IMG/VR virus record: IMGVR_UViG_3300046736_000122
Location: 9,277 to 73,276 of that record
Length of the DNA: 64,000 bases
DNA from: a virus
Direction: 5' to 3' (one strand)
Below are positions 9,094 to 18,789 of the stretch, one piece after another; position 1 is the stretch's first letter; the number at the start of each line of letters is the position of its first letter. The translations under genes and the position numbers were made by a program. The notes beneath the pieces are model-generated. The model saw nothing but the letters and a program-made list of their open reading frames with translations. It searched no databases and was not told the DNA's origin.

Positions 9094-9136
9094 ACGCGCC
9101 CCGCACGGCCCGAAGGCTCGACGGGGCGCGTATGCT
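9094..9136 (+). promoter_or_regulatory. Hairpin followed by -10-like TATGCT
   Basis: ACGCGCCCCG 9094-9103 / CGGGGCGCGT 9122-9131; TATGCT 9131-36. Confidence 0.45.
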
Positions 9137-9205
9137 GTGCGATTACGAGGCCGCGCGAGGGATGGTACCTCGTCGCGGAGACAGACGCGACGAAAGGACC
9201 CCAGC

Positions 9206-9583
9206 ATGCGCAAGACACCGATCTTGCTCCGCCCATCAGCATTCGACGATCGGGTACACGCGCTGTACCGCTACACCCGAAAGAAGGTCCGCGGCCACGA
9301 CACCATCGACTGCGGCATGGATGGCAAATGGGACGTGACCGACGACTTCGAGACGCTGCTGCTCAAGCGGCTCATGGACGACGGCGCGGAGAACATCGTC
9401 GGCATCCTTGATGGGGCCGCGCAGGGCCTTGAACTGACCGACGATGAGCGCGCCGAGGTTCGCGTCGTGCGTGAGCGGATCCGCGAGATGTGCGAGCGCC
9501 ACAACGCGCGGGTCGCATTCATGGGGCCGGACCCAACCCTTAGATCGCCAGCGGTCAGCGAATGGATTGCGACAGTCTCGTGA
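9206..9583 (+). CDS. Hypothetical protein
   Basis: GAAAGGA RBS before ATG 9206; GTGA-coupled to next gene. Confidence 0.7.
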   Translation: MRKTPILLRPSAFDDRVHALYRYTRKKVRGHDTIDCGMDGKWDVTDDFETLLLKRLMDDGAENIVGILDGAAQGLELTDDERAEVRVVRERIREMCERHNARVAFMGPDPTLRSPAVSEWIATVS

Positions 9584-10479
9584 GCATCCGCGACGACAGA
9601 TCCGCGCCGTTCGCATGGGTGTCCATGCACGGCCTGAAGACGATCCGCCGCGACCTCGAACCGAAGGCGCAGGCATCCGCTCGCAACGCCCTCTTCGCCC
9701 TCGCAGAGGCCGCCAGCGACAGGTATGACGGCAAGCACCGCGAGGGCGACACGCTCCGCGAGCTTGCGGCCCTCGCCGGCACGAGCACGCGTCGCCTCCG
9801 AGATCATCTGGCAACGCTCGCCGACCTCGGGCTTGTGACGATCGAGTCGCGCGTCGATTCATCGGGCCGCGACCTACCCACGGTGTACGTCCTCGCGAAC
9901 GATTCCGGGGGTGACAAAACGTCCGACCGGGTGGACGAGTCGAGCGCTGAAACGTCCGACCTTACGGGCGCGCGGCCCTCGCAGCCTTCGGCTGCTCAGG
10001 CTCGACAGCCTGAAGAAAGAACGAAGAACGGGCGTGCGCCCGTTGTCGACGACGAGCATCGAACCGTCACCGCTCTGTTCGAGCACTGGCAACTACGGTG
10101 CAACCATCCGACCTCAAAGCCGACCCGTGAGCGCCGCCAGAAGATCGCGGCCAGGCTGAGGGAGGGCTACACGCCGGATCAGATCCGCGCGGCGATCGAC
10201 GGCGCGGCACGCGATCCGTTCGTCAACGATGCCGGTAAGCGCTTCGATGACCTGGAGTTGATCTGCCGCACCGGCTCGAAGCTTGAGAGCTTCATCGACA
10301 GGGCCGCGCCACCGCTGGCGGGCAACGGGACGGTGCATCCGATCCGTCCGCCGCAGGGCCAGGCGCGGAACGCGAATGGGAAGCCGACGCATGCCGAGCT
10401 GATCGGGGAGTTGAGGGCCGCGAACCCGCGGCTGCATCCCGAGCTTGCCGTGAACCATCAACTACCGGCGAGGACATGA
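9580..10479 (+). CDS. Phage replication initiator (N-terminal HTH, conserved C-terminal domain)
   Basis: TLRELAALAGTSTRRLRDHLATL HTH; IAARLREGYT..FDDLELICR..KLESF; upstream of DnaB. Confidence 0.75.
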   Translation: MSIRDDRSAPFAWVSMHGLKTIRRDLEPKAQASARNALFALAEAASDRYDGKHREGDTLRELAALAGTSTRRLRDHLATLADLGLVTIESRVDSSGRDLPTVYVLANDSGGDKTSDRVDESSAETSDLTGARPSQPSAAQARQPEERTKNGRAPVVDDEHRTVTALFEHWQLRCNHPTSKPTRERRQKIAARLREGYTPDQIRAAIDGAARDPFVNDAGKRFDDLELICRTGSKLESFIDRAAPPLAGNGTVHPIRPPQGQARNANGKPTHAELIGELRAANPRLHPELAVNHQLPART

Positions 10480-11102
10480 TGGTCGACTACGGAGCACTCC
10501 ACGACGGCAAGCATCACATCGAGCTGGCATCGGGCCGCTACCTCGATCTTGAGAGTCCCGACCCTCAGGCGATCACGCTGAGCGATGTAGCGCACGGCCT
10601 CTCACAGACATGTCGGTTCGCCGGTCAGTCGCTCCGCTTCTACAGCGTGGCCGAGCACGCATGCCTGGTTGCCGCCAAGCTCGAAGGGGACGGCGTGCAC
10701 CCGCGGGTCGTGCTTGCCGCCGTCCATCACGACGACAGCGAAGCGTTCATCGGCGATGTCACCCGGCCGCTGAAGGCGCTTCTGCCGGGCTACGCGGCCT
10801 TGGAGACAGCAGTCAGCCTCGCGATCATCGAAGCGCTGCGGATCCCGCCGCTGGTCGACCCGGCAGAGCGTGCGCAGCTCACGGCGGCCGACAACTGGGC
10901 GCTGGCGTGCGAGGCATATCACCTGCTGCCGTCGCGTGGTCGGACGTGGTTCTGCGACGGGCTCTACGACCCGACGTGCGCGTATGACCTCGCGTTCTCC
11001 TACGACCAGCTCGGACGCGCTCCCGACCGAGCGCGAGAGTTGTGGAGCGGGTGGCACAACCGATACGCGGACATCTACGCGGCCTTGGCGGTCGTGCGAT
11101 GA
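10476..11102 (+). CDS. HD-domain phosphohydrolase (YfbR/5'-deoxynucleotidase-like)
   Basis: CRFAGQ..FYSVAEH..HHDDSEAFIGDVTRPLK. Confidence 0.9.
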   Translation: MMVDYGALHDGKHHIELASGRYLDLESPDPQAITLSDVAHGLSQTCRFAGQSLRFYSVAEHACLVAAKLEGDGVHPRVVLAAVHHDDSEAFIGDVTRPLKALLPGYAALETAVSLAIIEALRIPPLVDPAERAQLTAADNWALACEAYHLLPSRGRTWFCDGLYDPTCAYDLAFSYDQLGRAPDRARELWSGWHNRYADIYAALAVVR

Positions 11103-11434
11103 GCGCGGCGACATGGAACGATGTCGGCGAGGCCCTCGTCAACAACTGGCCGGCAGGCCCCGGTAACCGCGGCTGGGAACGCGAACAGGTCGCAGGCATC
11201 ATCGATGAGATGCGTGAGCGCGGCATGCAACCAGGGTGGGCGATCATCGGGATTCGCCAGTGCACATCGGATTTCGTGCCGGGTGCTCCGATGGTGCAGC
11301 GGTTGTATCGGGAGTCGTTGCCGCCCATGACTGCCGTGCAGATCGAGGAGGCCGCGGAACGTCAGGCGGAGCGGCGGCGGCTCGAAGCGGCGGCCGGTGA
11401 GCCGCGCGGCCTGCCGGCGGGAGGCGAGTTGTGA
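11099..11434 (+). CDS. Hypothetical protein (possible helicase-loader-associated)
   Basis: Coupled at both ends; lies in replication module. Confidence 0.6.
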   Translation: MSAATWNDVGEALVNNWPAGPGNRGWEREQVAGIIDEMRERGMQPGWAIIGIRQCTSDFVPGAPMVQRLYRESLPPMTAVQIEEAAERQAERRRLEAAAGEPRGLPAGGEL

Positions 11435-12060
11435 GCATCCCGCGTGTCTACGATCCTGCCGATTGCGATGAGCGGGGCGTCCCGCTGGACTGGGATCGCT
11501 GCCGCCCGTGCGACGGCTCCGGCAGGTGGCGCGACCCGCGGATATGGGGCACGATGCCAGGATCCGTCGCCTGCGAAACATGCGGAGGCCACGGATCCCT
11601 GAAGGCGGCGGCGCTCGCCTCGCGCCTAATGCGCTTCCGCGGCAGCGTCCCGATCCCGGAAGCCGAGATCGGGCATCGCTGCGAGTCCTGCTCTCACCCG
11701 ATGAGCGAAGGGACATGGGAGGACGGGCCACGGCGCGAATGGACGGCCGAGGACGCCGACCTTGCCGAGTTGGCAGGCGTACCTAGCGGCTCAGGGCCGC
11801 GCGTCCACTACTCCCCTTGTGACGAGGGATGCGATCACGGCGGGCCGGCTCGACTGCGCCTGGAGCAGCGGGGCGAGAAGGGCTGGATCCCCGTCACCGA
11901 TCAACGGCCCGGAGATGCGCTTCTACTCGATCGCGTCGATGCCGTCGAGGCCTCCTGGCGCTCGGTCGACATTCGCACCCTCGGCTGGCCGCATGACCTA
12001 CGACCCGAGAAGCTGGCCGTGTTGTGCTTGCGCTGCTTCGCCGAGCGCAGTTCGGCGTGA
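11431..12060 (+). CDS. Zn-binding protein: CxxCxGxG repeats plus degenerate HNH-like region
   Basis: CRPCDGSG, CETCGGHG, HRCESC, LAVLCLRCF. Confidence 0.6.
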   Translation: MSIPRVYDPADCDERGVPLDWDRCRPCDGSGRWRDPRIWGTMPGSVACETCGGHGSLKAAALASRLMRFRGSVPIPEAEIGHRCESCSHPMSEGTWEDGPRREWTAEDADLAELAGVPSGSGPRVHYSPCDEGCDHGGPARLRLEQRGEKGWIPVTDQRPGDALLLDRVDAVEASWRSVDIRTLGWPHDLRPEKLAVLCLRCFAERSSA

Positions 12061-13457
12061 GCTTCGACCGCGGCGAGGACTATCCCTCGCCGCCGCCCGC
12101 GCCGCGGCTCGCGACGGGGGTAGCGCCTCCGCACTCCGTGGAGGCCGAGGAAGCGGTCCTCGGCGGAATCCTGCTCTCCGATCGAGCGATCCCCGGCATG
12201 CTGCAGGAAGGCCTTGCGGCGGAGCACTTCTTCCGTGACCGCCACCGCGCGGTGTACGCGGCGATGCTCGCGTTGCACGAGCAAGGGACGGCCGTGGATG
12301 TGCTGACGGTCACCGTCGAGCTCGAGCAGCACGGCACGCTCGAAGCGATCGGGGGCCGCGCGGCTGTCGATGCGTTGACGGGCGGCGTGCCCGGGCTCGC
12401 CGCGATCCGCCGGTACGCAAGGATCGTGATTGAGCATTGGCAGGCGCGCCAGACGCTCGCGGCGACGTACACGATGCAGGCCGGCGTCTTGAACCATGAC
12501 GCGGCACTGGTTGAGGATGGCCGCCGGATGCTCGACGACACGGTGGTCGCGCCGGGCGTGACGGACGGCTATCTCGGGCCCGATGCGCTCGGGTCGCACA
12601 TGGTGGACTGGATGGGCCAGCCCATCGTGGAGGGGTTGCCGATGCCGGTGGAGCTGCCGTCGCTCGGCCGGATGGTTAGGCCGCAGTCGGGGGATCTCAT
12701 CATCGTGGCGGCACTGCCGTCGGCGGGGAAGTCGACGCTGGCGCTCGCGATGGCCGCGGCGATGGGCAGCCGCGGGCATCGGACGGTTATTTGGCCGAAC
12801 GATGACACCGTCGAAGACATCGCGGCTCGGCATGTACAGGCCGTGACGGGTATTTCGTCGGAACGGATCATTGAGCGGCGGTTGACCGCGGATGAGATGC
12901 GTCGCGTGGTCGCGGAGTTCGCGCGACTGCCGTTCGAGGCGCAGCCCGCGGATGGGTGGACGGCGCAGCAGGTCGCAGCTCACATCCGGCAGGTTCGGCC
13001 GGCGGTCGCGGTGCTTGACCACTTCCACAACCTTGCGGAGATTCCGGGGGTCGCGGAGATCGACGATGCGTTAAAGCGGTTGAAGGCGGTCGCTCAGCAG
13101 ACGCGATGCTTGCTGATCGTGGCGGCTCAGTGCAACCGCAACAACCGGTCAGACGGCGTGTTCCGGCGGCCCCCGGTCCTCGCGAACATTAGGGGGTCGG
13201 TGATGTTCGAGGCCGCGGCCACAACGATCCTGCTGGCGCACATCGATGAGGAGGAGATCGATGATCTCGAGCATGGCCGGACAGGGAAGGCGCGGCAACT
13301 GGACGTCGGGTCGATCGATGTCGCGAAGCAGAAGCGTGGCCGGCGCGGGGTGGTGCGTGTCGTGGTTGATCGGGAGCATGTGCGGTTTGTGGAGCCGGCG
13401 CGCGGCCGGGACTACACGGAGCCCGTGGCGGGGTCGGTTGAGGCGGAGGGGTTCTAG
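12057..13457 (+). CDS. dnaB: Replicative DnaB-like helicase (divergent)
   Basis: PPHSVEAEEAVLGGILL N-domain; Walker A ALPSAGKST; VLDHFH; QCNR; AKQKRG. Confidence 0.9.
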   Translation: MSFDRGEDYPSPPPAPRLATGVAPPHSVEAEEAVLGGILLSDRAIPGMLQEGLAAEHFFRDRHRAVYAAMLALHEQGTAVDVLTVTVELEQHGTLEAIGGRAAVDALTGGVPGLAAIRRYARIVIEHWQARQTLAATYTMQAGVLNHDAALVEDGRRMLDDTVVAPGVTDGYLGPDALGSHMVDWMGQPIVEGLPMPVELPSLGRMVRPQSGDLIIVAALPSAGKSTLALAMAAAMGSRGHRTVIWPNDDTVEDIAARHVQAVTGISSERIIERRLTADEMRRVVAEFARLPFEAQPADGWTAQQVAAHIRQVRPAVAVLDHFHNLAEIPGVAEIDDALKRLKAVAQQTRCLLIVAAQCNRNNRSDGVFRRPPVLANIRGSVMFEAAATTILLAHIDEEEIDDLEHGRTGKARQLDVGSIDVAKQKRGRRGVVRVVVDREHVRFVEPARGRDYTEPVAGSVEAEGF

Positions 13458-13471
13458 GTGTCGGCGCCCGC

Positions 13472-13481
13472 TGCTATGTTT
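13472..13481 (+). promoter_or_regulatory. Extended -10 motif TGCTATGTTT, leaderless start at 13488
   Basis: Variant of the TGCTAGGTTT motif at 17566, 19756, 23833; ATG 7 nt after -10. Confidence 0.55.
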
Positions 13482-13487
13482 CGCGGC

Positions 13488-15791
13488 ATGCCAAGCGTGA
13501 GCTACGCAGAGTTGATCGCTGCCCGCGAGGAAGCGCTACTAGCGAGGGGCTGCGGCATCGAGCCTGACGCTCTCGCCGCGCACCTGTTCGGCTTCCAGGA
13601 CTTCGCTACCCGCTGGGCGCTGAAGCGTGGCCGGGCCGCCATCTTCGCCGGAACCGGGCTCGGCAAGACCTTAATCGAGATGGAGTGGGCGCGGCAGGTC
13701 GGCGGCGAGATCCTACTGTTCGCGCCGCTCGCCGTCGGCCGGCAGATCATGCGTATGGCTGAGCAGTTCGACGCCGGCCCCGCGCGTGTCGTGTCGGACG
13801 GTTCGGAGGTCGAGCCGGGGCTGAACATCGCCAACTACGAGAGGTTGCACCGCTTCACGCCGGACGGGCTCAGCGGCCTTGTGCTGGATGAGTCGAGCAT
13901 CCTGAAGGCGTTCGACGGGAAGACCCGCCGCGAGTTGACGGAGTTCGGGTTGCAGGTCGATATGCGGATGGCTTGCACGGCGACGCCGGCACCGAACGAC
14001 TACGAGGAGCTAGGCCAGCACGCGGAGTTCCTGGGGGTGCTGACGGCCCGCGAGATGTTGGCGCTGTACTTCACGCAGGACGGCAACACGACGACGCGCT
14101 GGCGGTTGAAGGGCCATGCTCGTCAGCCTTTCTGGCGCTGGGTGTCATCGTGGGCGTTGGCGTTCACGAGTCCGGCCGATCTTGGCTATCACGATGAGGC
14201 CGAGCGCTTCGTCCTGCCTCCGCTGCGCACCGTGCCGGTCGTCGTGGCCGCGAAGGATCCGCATGTCACGGGCACGCTGTTCGCGGGGGAGGCGCAGACC
14301 TTGCAGGAGCGGCAAGCGGCGCGGCGCAACACGACGGCCGAGCGGGTGGCCGCCGCTGCGGCCCTTGTCGCGGCCGAGCCGGACGAGCAGTGGCTCTTGT
14401 GGTGCGATCTGAACGTCGAGTCCGATGCACTGGCCAATGCCATCCCCGGAGCGGTCGAGGTCAAAGGATCTGACTCCCAAGATCACAAGGTGGACAGCGT
14501 GCTCGGGTTCGCTGACGGGACCGTACGAGTGCTCGTCAGTAAGCCGAGCATCTGCGGGTTCGGGCTCAACTTCCAAGGCTGCGCCCGCATGGCGTTCGTC
14601 GGTCTCTCGGACAGCTTCGAGCGCTACCACCAGGCCGTGAAGCGCTGCCACCGATTCGGGCAGACACGCGAGGTCGTGGCCTACGTCGTGACCGCCGACG
14701 CGGAGGGCGCGGTCGTCCGCAACATCGAACGCAAGGAACGACAGATGACGGAGATGATGGCCGAGCTTGTCGCGAACGTCGGGCGTACGGGGGAGCACAT
14801 CGCGAAGCGCACGGCGCGTGATCACGACATGGCCGAAGGCGACGGGTGGCGGCTCATGCTCGGAGACTGCGTCGAGCGGATCGCCGGCAAGATCCTCACA
14901 GGGCCGGATCGCGGACAGTCGATCCCCGGCCGCGTCGAGGATGAGTCGATCGGGCTGTGCGTGTTCTCGCCGCCGTTCCCGTCGATGTACGTTTACACCG
15001 ACGACCCGCGGGACATGGGGAATGTGGCCGATGTCGAGGACATGATCGAGCAGTTCTCCTACCTCGTGCCCGAGCTCTACCGGGTCCTCATGCCGGGCCG
15101 ATCCGTCGCGATCCATCTGGCGCAGGCGCAGACGAAGAAGCGCGACGGGCTCGAGATCGGCTTGCGCGACTTCCGCGGAGCGACGATCGACGTGATGACG
15201 CGCGGCGGCTTCACGTTCTACGGCGAGGCGACGATCGACAAGGATCCCCAGGTGAAGGCGGTGCGGACGAAGGATCGCGGCCTGCTGTTCAAGTCGCTCG
15301 CGAACGATTCGAGCATGATGCGGATGGCGCAGGCGGACTACCTGCTTCAGTTCCGCAAGCCAGGCGATAACCCGCAGCCGATTCGGGCCGGCATCTCCGC
15401 GAAGTACGGCAACGATGACGGCTGGATCACGCCGGAGGAGTGGATCGAGTGGGCCGCGCCGGTCTGGTATCGCGCGGGGCCTGGCTACCCGGGCGGCATC
15501 CGGGAGACGGACACGCTCAATGTCGCCATCGCTCGTGACGGGCAGGACGAACGCCACTTGTGCCCGCTTCAGCGCGGCGTGATCGAGCGCGTAGTAAAGC
15601 TGTGGAGCGCGCCGGGTGATCGCGTGCTATCTCCGTTCGGAGGAGTCGGGTCCGAGGGTGATGGTGCTCTGCGGCTGGGCCGGGAGTTCGTCGCTGTGGA
15701 GTTGAAGCGATCGTATTGGGAGACGGCGTGTCGCAACCTCGACGCGGCCGTCCAGGAGCGCGAGCAAGGCGCGTTTGATCTGACGGCGTGA
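13488..15791 (+). CDS. SF2 helicase / N4-N6 DNA methyltransferase fusion
   Basis: GTGLGKT, LDESS, TATPAPND, RCHRFGQ then FSPPF and SPFGGVGSEG. Confidence 0.9.
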   Translation: MPSVSYAELIAAREEALLARGCGIEPDALAAHLFGFQDFATRWALKRGRAAIFAGTGLGKTLIEMEWARQVGGEILLFAPLAVGRQIMRMAEQFDAGPARVVSDGSEVEPGLNIANYERLHRFTPDGLSGLVLDESSILKAFDGKTRRELTEFGLQVDMRMACTATPAPNDYEELGQHAEFLGVLTAREMLALYFTQDGNTTTRWRLKGHARQPFWRWVSSWALAFTSPADLGYHDEAERFVLPPLRTVPVVVAAKDPHVTGTLFAGEAQTLQERQAARRNTTAERVAAAAALVAAEPDEQWLLWCDLNVESDALANAIPGAVEVKGSDSQDHKVDSVLGFADGTVRVLVSKPSICGFGLNFQGCARMAFVGLSDSFERYHQAVKRCHRFGQTREVVAYVVTADAEGAVVRNIERKERQMTEMMAELVANVGRTGEHIAKRTARDHDMAEGDGWRLMLGDCVERIAGKILTGPDRGQSIPGRVEDESIGLCVFSPPFPSMYVYTDDPRDMGNVADVEDMIEQFSYLVPELYRVLMPGRSVAIHLAQAQTKKRDGLEIGLRDFRGATIDVMTRGGFTFYGEATIDKDPQVKAVRTKDRGLLFKSLANDSSMMRMAQADYLLQFRKPGDNPQPIRAGISAKYGNDDGWITPEEWIEWAAPVWYRAGPGYPGGIRETDTLNVAIARDGQDERHLCPLQRGVIERVVKLWSAPGDRVLSPFGGVGSEGDGALRLGREFVAVELKRSYWETACRNLDAAVQEREQGAFDLTA

Positions 15792-16063
15792 CGATGTCCG
15801 CGGATCGTGTTGACCGGATCGCGGCATCCCTTGAAGCGAACCCGCCGGAAGGGTTTAGGGGCCGTTACAGCCGGGAGGTGTGGACGGTCATCGTGGCCGC
15901 AGTGAAGGCGGGGGAGAGCGGCTTGTGCGATGCGTACGTGGAGTGCGTCGACGGCGGCTGGGCTGGCTACCGGGCGGTGTGCCGGTGTGGGTGGGAGAGT
16001 GTGCTGACCTCCAAGCCGGCGGCTCGCCGCGCGGCCGTAGAGCACGAGCGCGGCGATGGCTGA
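15788..16063 (+). CDS. Hypothetical protein
   Basis: GTGA-coupled; CRCGW..H motif. Confidence 0.55.
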   Translation: MTMSADRVDRIAASLEANPPEGFRGRYSREVWTVIVAAVKAGESGLCDAYVECVDGGWAGYRAVCRCGWESVLTSKPAARRAAVEHERGDG

Positions 16064-16322
16064 CGGCAAGGGTGTGGTGCTCACGGCGGCCTGGGGGCCA
16101 TGGCTCGCCGCTTGTACGTGCATGGGCGGCCCGGAGATGTGCGTCCCGCCGTTCGGCGCTTCGGGCGGCTGTTCGCTCTCAGACGATGAGCCGCGGATCT
16201 GCGCGGGCTGCGGCGACATCGATCCGCGGCACTGGCGGGAGGGCGGCTGGTACTGCGAGAGTTGCGCGGCGTGCGAGGTTTGCCAGTCGCCGTACTGCGA
16301 CGAGCCGGAGCACCATGGCTGA
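16056..16322 (+). CDS. Cys-rich hypothetical protein
   Basis: Multiple CxxC; overlaps both neighbours. Confidence 0.5.
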   Translation: MADGKGVVLTAAWGPWLAACTCMGGPEMCVPPFGASGGCSLSDDEPRICAGCGDIDPRHWREGGWYCESCAACEVCQSPYCDEPEHHG

Positions 16323-16836
16323 GCCGGTCGAGCTCCTGATCGAGCGTGACCACGCGTTTCGCAAGAAGAAGCCCGACGCCGCGACGGGGAAGCGGCGCAT
16401 TGGCTGCGAGGTCTGTGGCCGCGGCCGGAACCATCGCGATCACATGGGCGCGCCGCCGTCGATGAACAGCGGCAATCACAGCATGCAGCCAATGGCGTAC
16501 CAGGCGTTGAAGCATGCGTGGCAGGACGCGTTTGCGGACCTGCTGGAGGCGTCGGGGTTGCCGCGCGGCCTGGAGTCGGTGTCCGTTGAGGGCCTCGTCG
16601 GGTTCCCGACGCGCGCGGTGCGTGACGGCGGCAACTTCCGCTGGATGATCGAGAAGGCATTGGGTGACGCGCTCGTCAGCGGCTCGGACAACGTCGCGGG
16701 TGGATGGATCGAGGATGACTGCTTTTTCCCGGTGTGCCGCTACGAGTTCGGCGGGTTGCAGGCGGTGCATGCGCCGGGCCGGTCGTGGCTGCGGCTGATG
16801 ATCTTGCCGCGTGCAGCGACATCCGCCGAGGCGTAA
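16315..16836 (+). CDS. RusA-like Holliday junction resolvase
   Basis: PPSMN..RDGGN..EKALGDAL..WIEDD; ATG 16315 after GGAG. Confidence 0.65.
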   Translation: MAEPVELLIERDHAFRKKKPDAATGKRRIGCEVCGRGRNHRDHMGAPPSMNSGNHSMQPMAYQALKHAWQDAFADLLEASGLPRGLESVSVEGLVGFPTRAVRDGGNFRWMIEKALGDALVSGSDNVAGGWIEDDCFFPVCRYEFGGLQAVHAPGRSWLRLMILPRAATSAEA

Positions 16837-16873
16837 CCTAGCATTGCGAGATCGTGAACCGACGGAGGCCGAC

Positions 16874-17167
16874 ATGACATCTGAGCCGTGGCTGACTGCC
16901 GCGCTGCCCGAGCTCGTGAATCAGAGCCGCGCGCTCGAGATCCTTCGTGACCGGCTCGGCCGGCCGGACATGGATCCGATGACGTTGCGCCGGTGGTGGA
17001 CTGAGGAGCAGGCCGCGGTGGAGGCGGGCGGTCCGCCGAAGCGGGGTTTCCCGTTGCCGCAGCGGTTGAGGACGGCTGGTGGGGTGGCGGGGCATCCGGT
17101 GTGGCGGCCGGAGGATCTTGAGCGGTGGTGCGTGGAGTTTTTGGGCCGCGCCACGGACGCGGCGTGA
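16874..17167 (+). CDS. HTH DNA-binding (excisionase-like) protein
   Basis: GGAGG RBS; TLRRWW..FPLP..PVWRPEDLERW. Confidence 0.65.
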   Translation: MTSEPWLTAALPELVNQSRALEILRDRLGRPDMDPMTLRRWWTEEQAAVEAGGPPKRGFPLPQRLRTAGGVAGHPVWRPEDLERWCVEFLGRATDAA

Positions 17168-17366
17168 TGAACGAACTGAGCCCGTGGCCACAGACGACGA
17201 CCAGCTTCACCTGCGGCTGGACCGACGCGGCGGGCGCCCGCTGGGATAGCAGCAGGGACCAGGACGAGCCGCCGATGGACGGTGGTGAGGGTGTCCGCGA
17301 GCCTCGCCGGCCGCCACCGTCCGCGCCACCGGGCGCGGCAGTCGTGGACATCCCGGTGCTTCCCGG

Positions 17367-17555
17367 ATGACCACCGGGCTCACTCAGCGCGTCGAGGTCG
17401 GCGCCTACTACACGGACGGCGCGGATCTATGGGAGGTCGTGGAGGTCAACGCGCTCGGTACGGTCACACTCCGCGGCGACCGCTCGAAGACGGCCCGCAT
17501 GCTCGGCATCGATGCGTTCCGTCGGCGGTTCTGGCTTGTGCGCGCGGCGGCGTGA
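17367..17555 (+). CDS. Small hypothetical (SH3-like beta) protein
   Basis: ATGA-coupled; VGAYYTDG..WEVVEV. Confidence 0.6.
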   Translation: MTTGLTQRVEVGAYYTDGADLWEVVEVNALGTVTLRGDRSKTARMLGIDAFRRRFWLVRAAA

Positions 17556-17565
17556 CGCCGCGGCT

Positions 17566-17600
17566 TGCTAGGTTTCGCGGCACGGTGTAGGGTTCGCGGC
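17566..17600 (+). promoter_or_regulatory. Phage promoter motif TGCTAGGTTT plus adjacent variant
   Basis: TGCTAGGTTTCGCGGC 17566-81 and TGTAGGGTTCGCGGC 17586-600. Confidence 0.55.
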
Positions 17601-17630
17601 CAACCCCCCAATCGAGAGGTGGAACCTCGA

Positions 17631-18365
17631 ATGGCCCGCAGCATCACGCCCGTAGCCGTTGCCGAAGACGGCACCGAATCGCATGAGTCGTGGATCACCC
17701 TCGTCCTGAGCAAGGTATCGGCGCAGCCCGGCCAGCGGCTCTTCGACAGCGAGATCACGCACACGCGCTACATCACGATGACCGTGTGCCGCTGCACCCG
17801 TACGCGGGACCTCAACCACGACTGGAAGCACGCCGAGCAGACGCTCATGGAAGTAGGGATGTCGCATGCGCAGTGGGGCGCGTTCGTGTCGGCCTTCGGG
17901 GATGGCGGCGGGGTGCCTGCCACGCTGTTTCGCGATCATTGCGGTGTCGTCGCGCAGGCGCCGCACGAGTCGCGCATGGCAGAGTCGGCGCGCGAGGTCC
18001 ACGATGCCGGGAACTCGGCGCTCGCGGAGATCCAAGAGGGCTACAGCGCATTGGAAGAGGCATTCGAGCGCGGGGCAGGCAAGCGCGAGATGCGCGACCT
18101 GATCCGCAGCCTCAAGGCCCGTATCGCCAACGCCCCGGCGAACATGGGGTTCGCCGCCGAATCCCTGACGAAGCACGTCGAGAACGTGGTGACAAAGGCA
18201 CGCTCGGACGTGGAGGCGATGGCGGTCGCGGCGGCTGAGCGCGGCCTGACGCTGGACGCTGGGTCGGTGAACCTGCTCGACGCTGGCGAGCACGAATCGG
18301 ACAGTCCGTACGAGACGGGGCCGAATGAGCGACCGTGGCTCGGCAGCCGCGGCCAGCGAACTTAG
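17631..18365 (+). CDS. Conserved phage hypothetical protein
   Basis: GAGAGG RBS; EVGMSHAQWGAFVS..GGGVPATL..NMGFAAESL family motif. Confidence 0.75.
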   Translation: MARSITPVAVAEDGTESHESWITLVLSKVSAQPGQRLFDSEITHTRYITMTVCRCTRTRDLNHDWKHAEQTLMEVGMSHAQWGAFVSAFGDGGGVPATLFRDHCGVVAQAPHESRMAESAREVHDAGNSALAEIQEGYSALEEAFERGAGKREMRDLIRSLKARIANAPANMGFAAESLTKHVENVVTKARSDVEAMAVAAAERGLTLDAGSVNLLDAGEHESDSPYETGPNERPWLGSRGQRT

Positions 18366-18400
18366 CGGAGCGCAGTTCCACCCTCCGTTCCGCTTGAGCG

Positions 18401-18428
18401 CACGGCCGTCCTTCGGGGCGGCCGTTGT
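18401..18428 (+). terminator. Stem-loop, probable terminator
   Basis: ACGGCCGTCC-TTCG-GGGCGGCCGT followed by TGT, after stop at 18365. Confidence 0.6.
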
Positions 18429-18462
18429 CGTTCCGGTCCGCGGCAACGGCTACGCTCAGACC

Positions 18463-18789
18463 GTGAACCCGTCGTGGGAAGACTCCGAGGTCGACCTGCA
18501 ACGACGCGTTGCCGTACACGAACGACGTATTGACGAGACAGAGCACGACATCGACAAGTTGGGCGAGGCGATGAGGGACGCTGCCAAGGAGATCGGGGGC
18601 CGCATTGACGGCTTCCGGAACGCCTGCCACGAAGAGGTAGAGGGCGTCCATACCGAGATCGAGAAGCTGCGCGCCGAGATCAAGAAGAAGGATGAGCGGC
18701 GTCAGTGGACACGGCCGGAAAAGCTGATGACGAGCGGCTTATTGCTCACGTTCATCATCGGGATCTTAGGCCTGGTGCTGAACCATTGA
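18463..18789 (+). CDS. Coiled-coil protein with C-terminal TM helix (lysis-type membrane protein)
   Basis: TACGCT -10 6 nt before GTG 18463; heptad region then GLLLTFIIGILGLVL. Confidence 0.65.
   Translation: MNPSWEDSEVDLQRRVAVHERRIDETEHDIDKLGEAMRDAAKEIGGRIDGFRNACHEEVEGVHTEIEKLRAEIKKKDERRQWTRPEKLMTSGLLLTFIIGILGLVLNH

Noticed and set aside
14145-15557. Long minus-strand ORFs (also 11901-13028, 39236-40423, 52431-53582)
   Set aside because: Shadow frames of high-GC genes with no motifs or start signals, unlike the 34990-35934 ORF
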